From Bacteroidota bacterium (GTDB taxonomy: Bacteria > Bacteroidota > Bacteroidia > NS11-12g > UBA955), in the NCBI GenBank assembly GCA_041170785.1, contig JBEDND010000146.1, forward strand, positions 1-48,893: 48,893 bases of DNA. Reading direction: 5' to 3'. Below the pieces are notes generated by a model. The model did no database searches and was not told the DNA's origin. It saw nothing but the letters and a program-made list of their open reading frames with translations. Position numbers and translations under genes: made by a program. Positions 46,878 to 48,893 of this stretch are shown here, in pieces; the first letter of the stretch is position 1; every line of letters begins with the position of its first letter.

Positions 46878-48322
46878 GTCAAAAACGGCAGGATATAGAA
46901 TATAAATTTCACGAGGCCTTTAAGGACTTCGAAATTCCTGTCAGCGATTCGGATTGGAACCGCATCGTTTCTTCTTTACCCGAAAATAAAAGCCTGGAAA
47001 AGGATATTCAGGAGGCATTTCAAGGGTATGAAATCCCTGTAAATCAAGGTGACTGGGCCCGGATTTCAGCAGCATTGCCACAAAAGGATAAACGGAGGCG
47101 CGCGATCCTGTGGTATTCCTTTGCCGCGCTATCCTTGGTGGGTGCGTACCTTTTATGGTGGTTTGTTCCCGCAATAAATCCCCCTGCTTCACAGCTTCCA
47201 AATCATGTTGCGGATTTGAACGCCGGCGCCAAACAAAACCATCCCAAGAATGCAGATGCCCTTATGGGTCATCAATCCGCTTCAAGCGCCCCATCGATTC
47301 CAAGCAGGGCAACAGCTGGCATCAAGCAGAACCATGATGCTACGCCAAAGCTGCAATCATCTTTATATCCAGGCCTCAATGAATTTCAGGGCAATGGATC
47401 AAATAATGATGTGTGGTTAACCCACATCGGATTATTTGGCCATCATGATTCGCTGAATGTGGAATCATGGATGATGGATTCAAAGAGACTCAGGTTGTTA
47501 AATAGCCTCGAACATTTCGCGCCAATTGCAGCATATTTATCGTCTGCGGGAACATACTTTCCTGCGAAGCCACTTTGGTTGCGTAAGCCCATGCCTGCAA
47601 TCTGGATCAGGAACGGCGCCTCCTTGTTGTCCACATCAGCATCAATTCCACAAGACGCAGATTGGCAAGGCAAAGCGTTGAACCGCACCCAAGTACAAAA
47701 AGGTTTGGTGCATGAATTCGCCGTAGGGATGCAAATCCCAATTGGTTCAACAGCAATTCAATTTGGATTTGGCGCAACTGAACCCTTAACACCCTTGAAG
47801 CAACATTGGCGTATAAAAACGAGAATGGTTGCAGACTCCATCCCTTACCGGAACATGCCTGGAGACACTTTGTTCTGGATTCCTGTTCGTTTTACAGACA
47901 CCCTGGTGGATGTGGTGACGCAATTTTCTGAAAAACGATTGGTGATTCCATTTCAAATAAGTCAATGTGTTCCGATTTCCCCTAAATTCGGCATCTTATT
48001 CCAGGCCGGTGGGCAAATTGGAATTTTACAATCCATGAAGGCAACCATACCATCACCTTATACCGACTACACTTGGAGTCAGTTGCAGCAAGGCATGGCA
48101 GGAACAGTAAAGACCAATCAGCCGTTGAGGGGTGTTGACGCGGCACAAGCCATCCGCACCCGCCTGGACCTTAGTGCAGGAACAGGATTCTATTACCGTG
48201 TGAATAAGCAGTTGATGTTGCGCACCAACTTAAGCCTGGCGAAAGGTCTTGGGCCGCTCACGAAACAAGGAAGCTCATATCAACAAATCGGAGGGCAGTT
48301 TATGCTGATGTATCAATGGTAA
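46874..48322 (+). CDS. Putative dual-membrane-spanning anti-sigma factor (N-terminal anti-sigma motif, TM helix, linker, C-terminal OM beta-barrel)
   Basis: TTGA overlap with the sigma gene; twice-repeated EAF..EIPV...DW.RI...LP motif; basic RRR then a TM helix; S/A/P/N-rich linker; amphipathic strands ending GQFMLMYQW. Confidence 0.65.
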   Translation: MSQKRQDIEYKFHEAFKDFEIPVSDSDWNRIVSSLPENKSLEKDIQEAFQGYEIPVNQGDWARISAALPQKDKRRRAILWYSFAALSLVGAYLLWWFVPAINPPASQLPNHVADLNAGAKQNHPKNADALMGHQSASSAPSIPSRATAGIKQNHDATPKLQSSLYPGLNEFQGNGSNNDVWLTHIGLFGHHDSLNVESWMMDSKRLRLLNSLEHFAPIAAYLSSAGTYFPAKPLWLRKPMPAIWIRNGASLLSTSASIPQDADWQGKALNRTQVQKGLVHEFAVGMQIPIGSTAIQFGFGATEPLTPLKQHWRIKTRMVADSIPYRNMPGDTLFWIPVRFTDTLVDVVTQFSEKRLVIPFQISQCVPISPKFGILFQAGGQIGILQSMKATIPSPYTDYTWSQLQQGMAGTVKTNQPLRGVDAAQAIRTRLDLSAGTGFYYRVNKQLMLRTNLSLAKGLGPLTKQGSSYQQIGGQFMLMYQW

Positions 48323-48893
48323 AGAAGGGCTTGCAACAATTAACTACTCTTGGCGCAGTCGTTCTTGCTGCGTTCATTGCACTGACCAATGTTGGCTCTG
48401 TGAAAGCACAACTGCTACTCCCATTGGAGTCGCAATTACTTGCCCCGCCGCTGATCAGGCAAATAGAAGGAAACATTTATGCGGTATGGCCCGAGCGCTA
48501 CTCCGATACCATGGATGTGTATAGACTTTCCAGGTATGACGGGCGCACCTGGACGCATATGCCTAATTTAAGTATTCAAAAAGGCGGCACCATCATGGAT
48601 ATTGCCTTGTTCTCTGGGAAGATTTATGTTTCAGGGAACTTTAGGTTGTTTGCAGATCCCCAGTACAATTGTCTGACTGTGTTGGATAATCGCACGTGGA
48701 CCGGTGTAGCTTCTTTTACGGCATTCTTTACCCAGGTTCCCACCATTCAAACCATGACTGTGTTCAACAACCGGCTTTATGCCGGTGGCCGTTTCAGCAG
48801 AATGAATGGCACGCTGGTGAACAATCTGGTGGTAAATACCGGAACTGAATGGGGTGCCGTTGGTACTGCCGTGCCCGGTGCAGATGGTACGAT
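48316..48893 (+). CDS. Exported beta-propeller-repeat protein, 3'-truncated at the window edge
   Basis: Manually translated open frame MVKKGLQQ...VKA|QLLL with repeats IYVSGNF, LYAGGRFS, YDGRTW and TGTEW. No stop codon occurs before the window end, so it is missing from the ORF track. Confidence 0.7.
   Translation, partial: MVKKGLQQLTTLGAVVLAAFIALTNVGSVKAQLLLPLESQLLAPPLIRQIEGNIYAVWPERYSDTMDVYRLSRYDGRTWTHMPNLSIQKGGTIMDIALFSGKIYVSGNFRLFADPQYNCLTVLDNRTWTGVASFTAFFTQVPTIQTMTVFNNRLYAGGRFSRMNGTLVNNLVVNTGTEWGAVGTAVPGADGT

Overview
This is a 48.9-kb chromosomal segment of a Bacteroidota genome, judged from TAnnTTTG -7 promoter elements, T9SS C-terminal domains, a PorV/PorQ-family gene and a Bacteroidota-type dcw cluster. 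Left to right it holds: a 5'-truncated biotin carrier gene and a GT-C-like membrane glycosyltransferase; the minus-strand dcw operon (mraZ-rsmH-ftsL-ftsI-murE-mraY-murD-ftsW-murG-murC-ftsQ-ftsA-ftsZ) with MraZ boxes; a GT4 enzyme, a ChaN-like protein, an SRA-HNH nuclease, a DHS-like gene, a candidate structured RNA, a GH53 lipoprotein, a C25-like T9SS cargo protein, ccmB, a biotin carboxylase and a D-2-hydroxyacid dehydrogenase; a TonB-dependent-like barrel/large secreted protein/PorV-like triad; greA, HIT, ruvC, tRNA-Asp, nhaA, ribD, EamA; a DUF4836/ABC triad; and an ECF sigma with a dual-membrane anti-sigma-like partner. The most unusual feature is at 38.9-39.6 kb. A stand-alone 89-aa GIY-YIG nuclease gene and the intact tRNA-Asp are bracketed by two 44-bp tRNA-derived direct repeats. 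In both repeats the 3' anticodon stem and variable loop are replaced by a 17-bp palindrome (TCCCTAC-NNN-GTAGGGA), the tRNA leader is duplicated, and no integrase is present. All functional calls come from reading motifs by eye; no database searches were run.
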